A DNA stretch of 24,000 nucleotides from Planctomycetota bacterium (lineage in GTDB: Bacteria; Planctomycetota; Phycisphaerae; Phycisphaerales; SM1A02), in contig QWPV01000045.1 in the NCBI GenBank assembly GCA_003671055.1, positions 1 to 24,000 of the forward strand, given 5' to 3'. The notes below the pieces were generated by a model. The model was not told the DNA's origin. It was given only the letters and a program-made list of their open reading frames with translations, and made no database searches. The position numbers were made by a program, and so were the translations under genes. Numbering within the stretch: the stretch's first letter is position 1; each line of letters opens with the position of its first letter. Shown here piece by piece: positions 15,720-22,918 of the stretch.

Positions 15720-17444
15720 TCAAGATCCAAACGGATTATTCTCTGGCGGAGGTCCGAAGACGTCATTACCGAAGTTTCTGTCGAGCAAGAAGCCAAAGCC
15801 GTAGGTCATGCGGAAACCATTGCGAATCACCGCGAGCGGTGTCGCAAAGAAATTCGTACCGATGATGATGTGATCGCCTGGTCGAATGTAGATGTCAGGT
15901 TCCGCGCGATTGCGGATGGCCTTGAGGTCGACGCGAATGGTTGCCTCGCGATCCTCGCCGATCTTGCGCACCAAGTCGACGCGATCAGGAATCGCAATGG
16001 GCGAGAGTCCGCCAGCAGCACTCACGAATCGGCTCAAGGTGAGTCGCGTGTTGTCGTTCAACAACTCATACACGCCGATGCGATTGATCTCGCCATCGAT
16101 GTAGATGAAGCCGGTCTCTGGTGGCTCGACGTAAATCTTGTCGCCAGGATGGATAACGATGTCGTAATTCGCTTCACCACGCGCAAGTGCTTGATACTCC
16201 ACTTCAATGATGCGCGTGGCGTACAAGTTCTCTGCTGCGCCCGAACGTGTCACGGGGCGCGCGGTATGACCGGAATCACTTGCGTCGGGTGCGAGGTTTG
16301 ATTCGAGCCACGTTTGCGATGCGAGGTCGAACACCCAATGCGTTGCGGGCGTCGGAACATTCTGAAGCAACTGCGCGGTACTTGGTCCTGCGGTGGTCAC
16401 GACGGCGTCGGCGGGTTTCACTTCACGCACATCGACGCCTGTGACATCGTCGATATCGACTGTTGGTGGCACGTTCTGCATCGATGCACCGCCGCGAATG
16501 CCGCGCAATGCCGAAGGAGCAGATGTTGGCGCAGGAGTTCCTCGCGGCGCTTTAAATGGTGACGGATCTGGAGCTGTCACCGGAGCGATCGCCGGAGTCG
16601 CTTCTGGAGTCACAGGCACGGGCACAGTTTCCAGCGGTTTCGCGCGGTTTTCTAGCTGATTGATCAGCGCGTCAATGTCGACAGGCGGCGTGTTTGGATT
16701 GGTTGAAGCAGTGCCAGAGTTGCCCTCGCCATTGTCGCCTTGCATTTGGTCAGCGCGAACGCCGCCTTGCATGCTCGTACCGATGGGCGCATCGTCAAAG
16801 CCCTTGCGTAATCGATCATCGAGCGGTTCGCTACGAATGACGAACACGCGTTGCGTTGTCGGAACCGTTCCACCAGCAAGCGAGATTGCTTCCATCAAAC
16901 GGAAGTCCGGACGCAAGAGTGGATAGAGACCAACCGTGTTTACCGTGCCATACACCTGAAACTGAAAACTTCGACCGCTCTCAAGAATGACAGAGACGAT
17001 CGGATCAGCGATGTAGCCCTTCAACTTTTGTTCGAGCGCTTGATGCGCTTCTTCAATCGTCAGACCGCCGAGCACGATGTCGCCGATCGAGGGCAATCGA
17101 ACGATGCCGCTTTGATCAATGGTGCGAAGCGCAACTTCGGTTTGACCGCGCGTCAGCAACTCGAAGATCTCAATGCGAATTTCATCACTCGGCGAGAGCC
17201 GATACTTCAGTGCACCCGGTTCGAGATCAGAGGGAAGGGGCGCAGATGCGTTCCCCCAACCAATCTGTTCAGACTCGATGACGTCGATGCGCTCAATGAT
17301 CGGCATCGATGTGGGCGTGTGCTCGAAGTAACCCGTACGAGACGGGTCCATGAACGAATCAAGATTGCATCCCGTCAGCGTGGCGCCCGCGGAAGCAAGT
17401 GTGATGAATCGTGTGCAGATCTGAAGTCGTGGAGGGAATCGCAT
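15720..17444 (-). CDS. Polysaccharide export lipoprotein (Wza/Poly_export + SLBB family) with a long low-complexity insertion
   Basis: A Poly_export-like block (YRLSPSDEIRIEIFEL...IDQSGIVRLPSIGDIVLGGLTIEEAHQALEQKLKGYIADPIVSVIL) is followed by SLBB-like blocks (FQVYGTVNTVGLYPL...LMEAISLAGG and IYIDGEINRIGVYEL...LSRFVSAAGG). The ATG at 17442-17444 gives MRFPPRLQICTRFITLASAGATLTGC, a signal peptide with a lipobox. The ORF-track start at 17510 adds 22 unlikely residues. Confidence 0.85.
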   Translation of the reverse strand: MRFPPRLQICTRFITLASAGATLTGCNLDSFMDPSRTGYFEHTPTSMPIIERIDVIESEQIGWGNASAPLPSDLEPGALKYRLSPSDEIRIEIFELLTRGQTEVALRTIDQSGIVRLPSIGDIVLGGLTIEEAHQALEQKLKGYIADPIVSVILESGRSFQFQVYGTVNTVGLYPLLRPDFRLMEAISLAGGTVPTTQRVFVIRSEPLDDRLRKGFDDAPIGTSMQGGVRADQMQGDNGEGNSGTASTNPNTPPVDIDALINQLENRAKPLETVPVPVTPEATPAIAPVTAPDPSPFKAPRGTPAPTSAPSALRGIRGGASMQNVPPTVDIDDVTGVDVREVKPADAVVTTAGPSTAQLLQNVPTPATHWVFDLASQTWLESNLAPDASDSGHTARPVTRSGAAENLYATRIIEVEYQALARGEANYDIVIHPGDKIYVEPPETGFIYIDGEINRIGVYELLNDNTRLTLSRFVSAAGGLSPIAIPDRVDLVRKIGEDREATIRVDLKAIRNRAEPDIYIRPGDHIIIGTNFFATPLAVIRNGFRMTYGFGFLLDRNFGNDVFGPPPENNPFGS

Positions 17445-17625
17445 AGGGAACTCAACTAGACACATGGCCCATACGCTGGTCCGAAAAGTCGGAGTAAACG
17501 CAGAGTGCATGCCCGGAACAATGCCAAGATCGGCTCAGAACCATCTATCCTTTGAGAATACGCAGTCGACCCGCGACTTTATGCGCTTTCGACACCTCGG
17601 AGACCCCCGTGTCTACCTACTTAGA

Positions 17626-18597
17626 TCAATGTGATTGCGTATCTTTCGCAACCGCTGTGCAGGCTTGCAACAACACCGCCATTCGAACGGCAACTCCTGC
17701 CGACACCTGTTCGAAAATCACGCTCGACAGCGCGTCATCCGCAACCGCATCATCAATCTCAACGCCGCGATTCATCGGGCCAGGATGCAGGATCAGCGCG
17801 CCAGATCGCAAACGAGCTCGCCGCGATTCAGTCAGCCCATACGCGAATCTATAGTCCGAAGCGATCCCTTGGCCAGCCGCGCGCTCCATCTGAATGCGAA
17901 GAGTGATGATCGCGTCAACTTCGCCGACGATCGGATCAAGATCGTGAGAGATCGTTATGTTTTCGCAACAAGTCAGGTTGCGCCAGCCGCTGGGAATGAG
18001 CGAAGGTGGGCCCACCGCAACGACATGCGCACCGAGAGCGGCAAGCCCGTGGGTGGTAGAGCGAGCGACTCGGCTGTTGGCAATGTCGCCCACAATCGCC
18101 ACTCGCTTGCCGCGAAGGTCGCCGAGGTGTCGACGAAGTGTGAGCAGATCGAGCAACCCCTGCGTGGGATGCTCATGCCGACCATCGCCAGCATTCACCA
18201 CCGCGCACTTCACATTGTCCGCCACGAGCGCAGCGCCGCCAGAGATCGCGCAGCGCACGACGAGCACATCAACCCCCATCGCTTCTATGTTTCGCGCGGT
18301 GTCGACAAGCGACTCGCCTTTACTCGCGCTCGAACCCGACGCGCCGAGGTTCACAACATCCGCGCCAAGCCGCCGAGCCGCGATTTCAAAGCTGACGCGT
18401 GTGCGAGTCGAGTCTTCAAAGAAGAGATTCGCAATGAGCTTGCCCGCCAACACCCGCTCCGCAGGCGTATCGCCGACCGCTGAGGGAAGCAATCGCTCGG
18501 CGTGATCAAGTAGCCCAGTCAACTGCATCGCACTCAGACCTTCTAGGGCAAGAAAGTCCGGACCAAACGAGCGTCGAATCACAGGTTGGCGCGGCAC
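17626..18597 (-). CDS. pyrB: Aspartate carbamoyltransferase catalytic subunit
   Basis: Motifs FFEDSTRTRVSFE, HPTQGLLDL and HPGPMNRGVEI. The ORF-track start at 18729 would overlap astB by 95 nt. The GTG at 18595-18597 gives a typical 323-aa length and keeps the conserved N-terminal FLALEGLS strand. ATG alternatives at 18687 and 18708 cannot be excluded. Confidence 0.9.
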   Translation of the reverse strand: MPRQPVIRRSFGPDFLALEGLSAMQLTGLLDHAERLLPSAVGDTPAERVLAGKLIANLFFEDSTRTRVSFEIAARRLGADVVNLGASGSSASKGESLVDTARNIEAMGVDVLVVRCAISGGAALVADNVKCAVVNAGDGRHEHPTQGLLDLLTLRRHLGDLRGKRVAIVGDIANSRVARSTTHGLAALGAHVVAVGPPSLIPSGWRNLTCCENITISHDLDPIVGEVDAIITLRIQMERAAGQGIASDYRFAYGLTESRRARLRSGALILHPGPMNRGVEIDDAVADDALSSVIFEQVSAGVAVRMAVLLQACTAVAKDTQSH

Positions 18598-18611
18598 GGC
18601 GTGGACTGTAG
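18501..18611 (-). repeat. Direct repeat, copy 1: covers the first ~97 nt of pyrB (GTG start model) plus 14 nt upstream
   Basis: Hand alignment with 20011-20122. The core 18548-18611 versus 20058-20122 has 4 mismatches and one 1-nt indel, including a 26-nt identical run (ttggcgcggcacggcgtggactgtag). The flank 18501-18547 has 34 of 47 positions identical. Confidence 0.85.
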
Positions 18612-18634
18612 CGGCGACTCCAACTTCGCGCGCG

Positions 18635-19978
18635 TTAGCGTTGAAAATCGTAGATGTTGCCAAGCGCGAGCAATCGCGTGAGTGCATCGAGCGCGCTGCG
18701 CGATTCATGCAGCAGCGCAGGATCTTCAAGGTCGTCTGCGTGCAGCGACTCGCGATAGTGCGTCATGACCCAGGCACGCAACGCAGCGAGCTTTGCGGGG
18801 GTCAGCAGCGCTTCTTGATTGACGACACGCAGATCGGCGTTGGTGAGCGGCACGCGCAGACGCAGGCACGCAGGTCCGCCACCGTTACGCATGCTTTCTC
18901 GAACATCCATGAAGATCGCGCGCGACAGCGAAGCAGGGTGATCGGCAACCACGCGATCAAGCGCCGCCTTTACGCGTGGGTTCTCTGCGCACTCGACAGG
19001 ACATACGAGCGCCATCGTGTGATCAGGCAGCGTCACCAACTGGCTATTGAAGAGATAACTCTTCACGACTTCCTCGAGCGAGATCTCTTCGCGCTTGAGT
19101 TCGATGATTGTCAGTGTTTCACCAACTGCATCGCGGAGTGCGTGAAGGGTCGCGTCGCGCATTTCAAACGCATCTTCGTGGCAGAAAAGCAGGTTGCCGT
19201 TCCCAACACAGATCACATCGTTGTGAAAGACACCTGCGTCGATCGCATCTGCGTTTTGCTGGGCGAACACGCAGCGCGAGGAATCGAGTCGGGCGAGTTG
19301 CGCCACGCGCTCGCTCGCGGATCTCGTTTGTCGCGCAGGAAACCGCGTGGGCGTGCGCGATGCGTTCTGTGCAGCACCATAGACAAAGAAGTGCACGCCT
19401 CGCGCGTGGCTACTGTTGTCACTCGACGCGGTGAGTCGCGTGTGATTCGCGGCACCCTCGTCACCGTAGTCTTCGCTCGTGCTCGGAGGCAACGCCTCAT
19501 GCACCGTAAAACGTGCTGGATTCGCGAAGATCGCATGAAGCGCGCGCGCGGTGATCGCGGGTTCAATCGCGCGGTGAAACATCGCGCGCAGATTCGCAGT
19601 CACAAAGTGCGTGCGACCATCCTCCGTGTCCGCGCTCGGCAGCACCGTCGCAGCATTCGCCGTCCACATCGCGCTCGCGCTTGACACGCGCGCAAGCAAC
19701 ACTGCGTTCTCTTGCGCAACCAGCGCCAGAATCTCTGCATCGCTTCCTGCGTAGCCATGCGCGCGCAGCGTCGGCATGTGCGGTCGTTCGTGCGGCGGAA
19801 GCACGCCCTGCACGAGACCAAGCGCCGCGACCGCTTCCATCTTGACAAGGCCCTGCAACGCCGCCGCGCGAGGATTGCTTAGCGCGCCTTGATTCTTCGA
19901 GCTCGCAACATTGCCATAACTCAGCCCCGCGTAGCTATGCGTAGGACCGACGAGGCCATCGAAGTTCACTTCAGGCAT
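18635..19978 (-). CDS. astB: N-succinylarginine dihydrolase
   Basis: It appears collinear along its full length with the AstB I recall from E. coli. Shared blocks are EVNFDGLVGPTHSYAGLSYGNVAS, YPARQTR.ASE, GVFHNDVI, YLFNSQL, GGGPACLRLRV (catalytic Cys) and the terminal LGNIYDFQR. The start is the ATG at 19976-19978. Confidence 0.93.
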   Translation of the reverse strand: MPEVNFDGLVGPTHSYAGLSYGNVASSKNQGALSNPRAAALQGLVKMEAVAALGLVQGVLPPHERPHMPTLRAHGYAGSDAEILALVAQENAVLLARVSSASAMWTANAATVLPSADTEDGRTHFVTANLRAMFHRAIEPAITARALHAIFANPARFTVHEALPPSTSEDYGDEGAANHTRLTASSDNSSHARGVHFFVYGAAQNASRTPTRFPARQTRSASERVAQLARLDSSRCVFAQQNADAIDAGVFHNDVICVGNGNLLFCHEDAFEMRDATLHALRDAVGETLTIIELKREEISLEEVVKSYLFNSQLVTLPDHTMALVCPVECAENPRVKAALDRVVADHPASLSRAIFMDVRESMRNGGGPACLRLRVPLTNADLRVVNQEALLTPAKLAALRAWVMTHYRESLHADDLEDPALLHESRSALDALTRLLALGNIYDFQR

Positions 19979-20010
19979 GCGAAATCACCCCCCATCACAG
20001 CACTGTTCCG

Positions 20011-20122
20011 CATGATCAAGCAACACCGTCCACTGCACCGCACGCAGACATCGGAGCGCAAGAAAGTCGGGGACCAAACAATCGTCGAATCACAGATTGG
20101 CGCGGCACGGCGTGGACTGTAG
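20011..20122 (-). repeat. Direct repeat, copy 2: degenerate, frame-shifted copy of the pyrB 5' end, lying 33 nt upstream of the astB start
   Basis: Same alignment as copy 1. Read on the minus strand from its GTG it encodes VPRQSVIRRLFGP, against VPRQPVIRRSFGP in pyrB. An extra G then shifts the frame, and a stop follows about 30 codons in. Confidence 0.85.
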
Positions 20123-20150
20123 ACGAAGTCAAGTGCACATTCGCCTGCAT

Positions 20151-21563
20151 TTACCCTGCGTTGCTGACCATGGCGGGATCCGCGACGACTTGGAACGCAA
20201 TGCTTTTCTCTGCGATTGTGGAGGTGGACTCGTCGCGGATGGTGAGTTTCATCACATAGCTGCCGACGGAGAGATGCGGCGAGAGGGTGACGATTTCGCC
20301 CACGAAGAAGTCGGCTCGCTTCACATCGCTGGCGTCGACGACTGCGGTCCACTCAGGGTTTCGTCGCCAGACTTCGACGCCGTCGCGTTCGGTGAGGATC
20401 GAGATCTTTGTTGCGAGTCGCGTGGTCCACTTTGCGTCTTCGAGGGAACTGATGAAGTGCGCGAGTTCGCTGTAGAGGATGACCTTCGGACTTGAGGCTG
20501 CGAGGAATCTGCGGTTGTCGATGGGATCGATTTGACCGAACGCTTGCACGCGCGTGCAGAGTTCGACGCGCGGCAAACTGAGGATTGGTTGTGGCTTGAT
20601 CGATGCGAGGAGTTGCTCGATGGTGCTCACGAGCGCGGCGTCGTCTTTGCCTTCTTGTAACTCGCGACCCATGCGCACGAATGCGGCGTGGAACTTCTCT
20701 GTCATCGCGCGTTCGGTGTCAGTCAGATGCGCGGACAAGTCTGTCGGAAGTGTGATCGATGGATCGGTGACCGCGAGCGCGGAGAGTGCGAGCAACTGAC
20801 GAAGTGGTGTCGCGCTCGTCGCTGCTTCGGTCTTCAAACTTGCTGCAAGTCGCGCGGCGATGCCTGCTGGATCAGTGGGGAATGCGAGTGACACCACTGG
20901 AGGCGCGACTGCTGAAAGTGGCGCGTTTGCAGCGGTTTGCTGCGGTTCTGTCGATGTCGTCAAGGGAATTGCTACTGGTGCAATCTGTGGTGCATCTTGT
21001 GGCTTCGCGGTTGTCTTCACGGCTGCAGCGGTCGCTGCTTCGATCAACGCGCGTTCAGCATCCGCACGCACTTGGCTCACGCGATCGCGTGCGGCGCCTT
21101 GCGTTCCATCACTCCATTCAACCTGAGGCATGGGTGCCGTTGGAGGCGGAGTCAACGTTGGCGCTGCGACTGGCGCTGCGTTGGTTGACGCAGGCGGTGT
21201 GGGAAGAGACGTCGCCGTTGCTTGCATCGATGCAAGCGCTGCGAGATCCGCGTGATAGGTCGCCGCGAGATCAGACAACGTCGCGGGAGTTTGCGCTACC
21301 ACTCGCTCGCTCGCTGGTCCCGTGAACTCCGCTTGCGGGACGGAATCATTCTCTGGCAACGCAGTCACTTCAACATCAAGCGGCGCAACACCATCGGAGT
21401 TGTACGCAAGTCGCGAACTCGTTTCGCTCGCATCCTGCGTGTTGCCATCCGCACGAGGCGCACTCGAGCAACCACCGAAGAACAGCACCGCTATGCCGCC
21501 GCCGAGGAATGTTGTGATCATGCAATTCGTCGTCTGATGGCGCGTCGCGAGTGAGCGGGCCAT
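20151..21563 (-). CDS. Hypothetical lipoprotein: Ala/Pro/Thr-rich N-terminal half and a beta-rich C-terminal domain
   Basis: The start at ATG 21563 (MARSLATRHQTTNCMITTFLGGGIAVLFFGGCSS) gives a basic n-region, an h-region and a Cys at a lipobox-like position. Alternative ATGs lie at 21602 and 21521. About 250 residues of low-complexity A/P/T sequence follow. The C-terminal ~150 aa are non-repetitive (DFFVGEIVTLSPHLSVGSYVMKLTIRDES). I recognised no family. Confidence 0.6.
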   Translation of the reverse strand: MARSLATRHQTTNCMITTFLGGGIAVLFFGGCSSAPRADGNTQDASETSSRLAYNSDGVAPLDVEVTALPENDSVPQAEFTGPASERVVAQTPATLSDLAATYHADLAALASMQATATSLPTPPASTNAAPVAAPTLTPPPTAPMPQVEWSDGTQGAARDRVSQVRADAERALIEAATAAAVKTTAKPQDAPQIAPVAIPLTTSTEPQQTAANAPLSAVAPPVVSLAFPTDPAGIAARLAASLKTEAATSATPLRQLLALSALAVTDPSITLPTDLSAHLTDTERAMTEKFHAAFVRMGRELQEGKDDAALVSTIEQLLASIKPQPILSLPRVELCTRVQAFGQIDPIDNRRFLAASSPKVILYSELAHFISSLEDAKWTTRLATKISILTERDGVEVWRRNPEWTAVVDASDVKRADFFVGEIVTLSPHLSVGSYVMKLTIRDESTSTIAEKSIAFQVVADPAMVSNAG

Positions 21564-21785
21564 GAGGCGGCGAGAACAAACAAGGGTAGAAGTGTGAGCC
21601 ATACCGACGCCTCCATGCGTCTCAGGTTGAAGTCGGGATTCACCCGAACTTCGCGCTCTCGTGACTCTCGCGAACGCCCTCCGGGCGTCAACACACGAGT
21701 TTCACGACCAAACCAAACTCACGCCCTTTGACAAAGACGCGCACTACAGAGAAGGCACCGGCAGTCGCGGAACTTTCACGCAGAA

Positions 21786-22805
21786 TCAATGAACGCTATC
21801 GGCAAAGAGGGCGGCAAAGCCTTCAATCGTTCTCGCGAGATCCCCCGCTTGCCCTTGCTTTGATCGCCGATCGAGATCCACAGTCTCCGCCAAGAGCCTC
21901 GCCGCCCGCGCGGGACCCAATCGGCGCGCCGCCCGCATGGTGGGCGCAGCGCTCTCGCCCCACAACTTCACGCTGCGCATAACGCTGTTCTCGGGCTCGC
22001 CTTGCGCGAAGAGTCGCGCGCAGTCGTGCAACTTGCGCGAGAGGTCGACGAGCGACCAAATGAGGAGTTGCTCAGGCGCCTGCGAAGTTTCGACCAGTTC
22101 GCGCACCTTCGACACCGCTCCGCCGGCGGATCCACGCAACACCGCCGACTGAATCTCCCACGCCTGCTCTTCACGCGTTCGACCGACGAGTTCCGCAACA
22201 GTCTTCGCGTCAATCTTCGGTGGCGCGCCATCTTTACTCGTCGTCGTCGCAACATACGACGCCAACTTCGCAAGTTCCGAATCAAGCCGCGCGAGATTCG
22301 TGCCCAATCGATCGACCAGCGCGTCAGCCGCCGCAGAAAGAAGTTCCGCACGATGCTCCGACGCCGCACGCTTCACGCACCAGCCCGCAGCAGTCGCCGC
22401 ATCTGGAGGTTCGCACTTCACAATCGCGCCGCCCTTCGCAAGCACGATCTTGTCGAAGTTGCCAGGTCGCCACGACTCTGCGCGAAACACAAGCGTCGAA
22501 TCTTCCGCGGGCGCTTCCGCATAACGCTCCATCGCACGACGGCGCTCTTCCACACCAAGAAACTGCTCCGCACGATCCACCACGATCAACTTGTGCGACG
22601 CAAGCAAACCAAATGTCCGCAACTCATCAAGCACTTCCGCAAGCGACGCACTTCCGCCATCAAAATCAAATCGCGCCACAGAAGCCCCCGCATGCGCATC
22701 CAGCGCAAGCTGCAAACGCTTCAGCCGCTCAACCACCTGAAAACTGTCCTTCCCATGAAGCACAATCACTCGCATCGTGTGGTTGAGATCTGCAGCCTTC
22801 GCCAT
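21786..22805 (-). CDS. holA: DNA polymerase III delta subunit
   Basis: 339 aa. The N-terminal block VIVLHGKDSFQVVERLKRL...VLDELRTFGLLASHKLIVVDRAEQF matches the HolA pattern. The mid region ADALVDRLGTNLARLDSELAKLASYV...IDAKTVAELVG and a helical C-terminal domain fit HolA architecture. Assigned by pattern only. Confidence 0.68.
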   Translation of the reverse strand: MAKAADLNHTMRVIVLHGKDSFQVVERLKRLQLALDAHAGASVARFDFDGGSASLAEVLDELRTFGLLASHKLIVVDRAEQFLGVEERRRAMERYAEAPAEDSTLVFRAESWRPGNFDKIVLAKGGAIVKCEPPDAATAAGWCVKRAASEHRAELLSAAADALVDRLGTNLARLDSELAKLASYVATTTSKDGAPPKIDAKTVAELVGRTREEQAWEIQSAVLRGSAGGAVSKVRELVETSQAPEQLLIWSLVDLSRKLHDCARLFAQGEPENSVMRSVKLWGESAAPTMRAARRLGPARAARLLAETVDLDRRSKQGQAGDLARTIEGFAALFADSVH

Positions 22806-22884
22806 AGTTTCGAGTGTACGAAGTCAAGCAACCGATCGTGCGCGTCGCATCAGTACGGCAGACGGCCCCCACTGCGGAAACCAC

Positions 22885-22912
22885 TTGAAATGCATCCGTG
22901 CCTCGACATAAT
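22885..22912 (+). promoter_or_regulatory. Candidate sigma70-type promoter of the hydrolase gene, predicting a leaderless or near-leaderless mRNA
   Basis: TTGAAA (22885-22890), a 16-nt spacer, then CATAAT (22907-22912). The ATG at 22919 lies only 6 nt after the -10 hexamer. Both hexamers match the consensus at 5 of 6 positions in otherwise GC-rich DNA. This rests on motifs only. Confidence 0.3.
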
Positions 22913-22918
22913 GCAAGG

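Noticed and set aside
4246-17444. Interpreting the exosortase locus as a horizontally acquired genomic island
   Set aside because: There is no integrase, transposase, flanking tRNA or terminal repeat. By eye there is no obvious compositional break relative to the flanking housekeeping genes. The tight coupling to rsmH argues for a resident locus.
17445-17510. 22-codon N-terminal extension of the export protein ORF
   Set aside because: The downstream ATG at 17444 yields a canonical signal peptide with a lipobox (TLTGC). The extension would bury that signal peptide.
18598-18729. N-terminal extension of pyrB (ORF-track start at 18729)
   Set aside because: It would overlap astB by up to 95 nt and add ~44 residues not found in typical PyrB proteins. 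The GTG at 18597 is preferred, although the ATGs at 18687 and 18708 remain possible.
17635-19684. Long plus-strand ORFs opposite pyrB and astB (17635-18483, 17957-18505, 18641-19684)
   Set aside because: They lie antisense to genes with unambiguous family motifs. Their translations are Arg/His-rich low-complexity sequence, so they are shadow ORFs.
21674-21688. GC-rich hairpin ACGCCC-TCC-GGGCGT downstream of holA, and weak 5-bp hairpins after pyrB (17564-17578 and 17591-17613), as terminators
   Set aside because: The stems are short (5-6 bp) and no U-tract follows on the transcribed (minus) strand. This is not enough evidence for rho-independent terminators.
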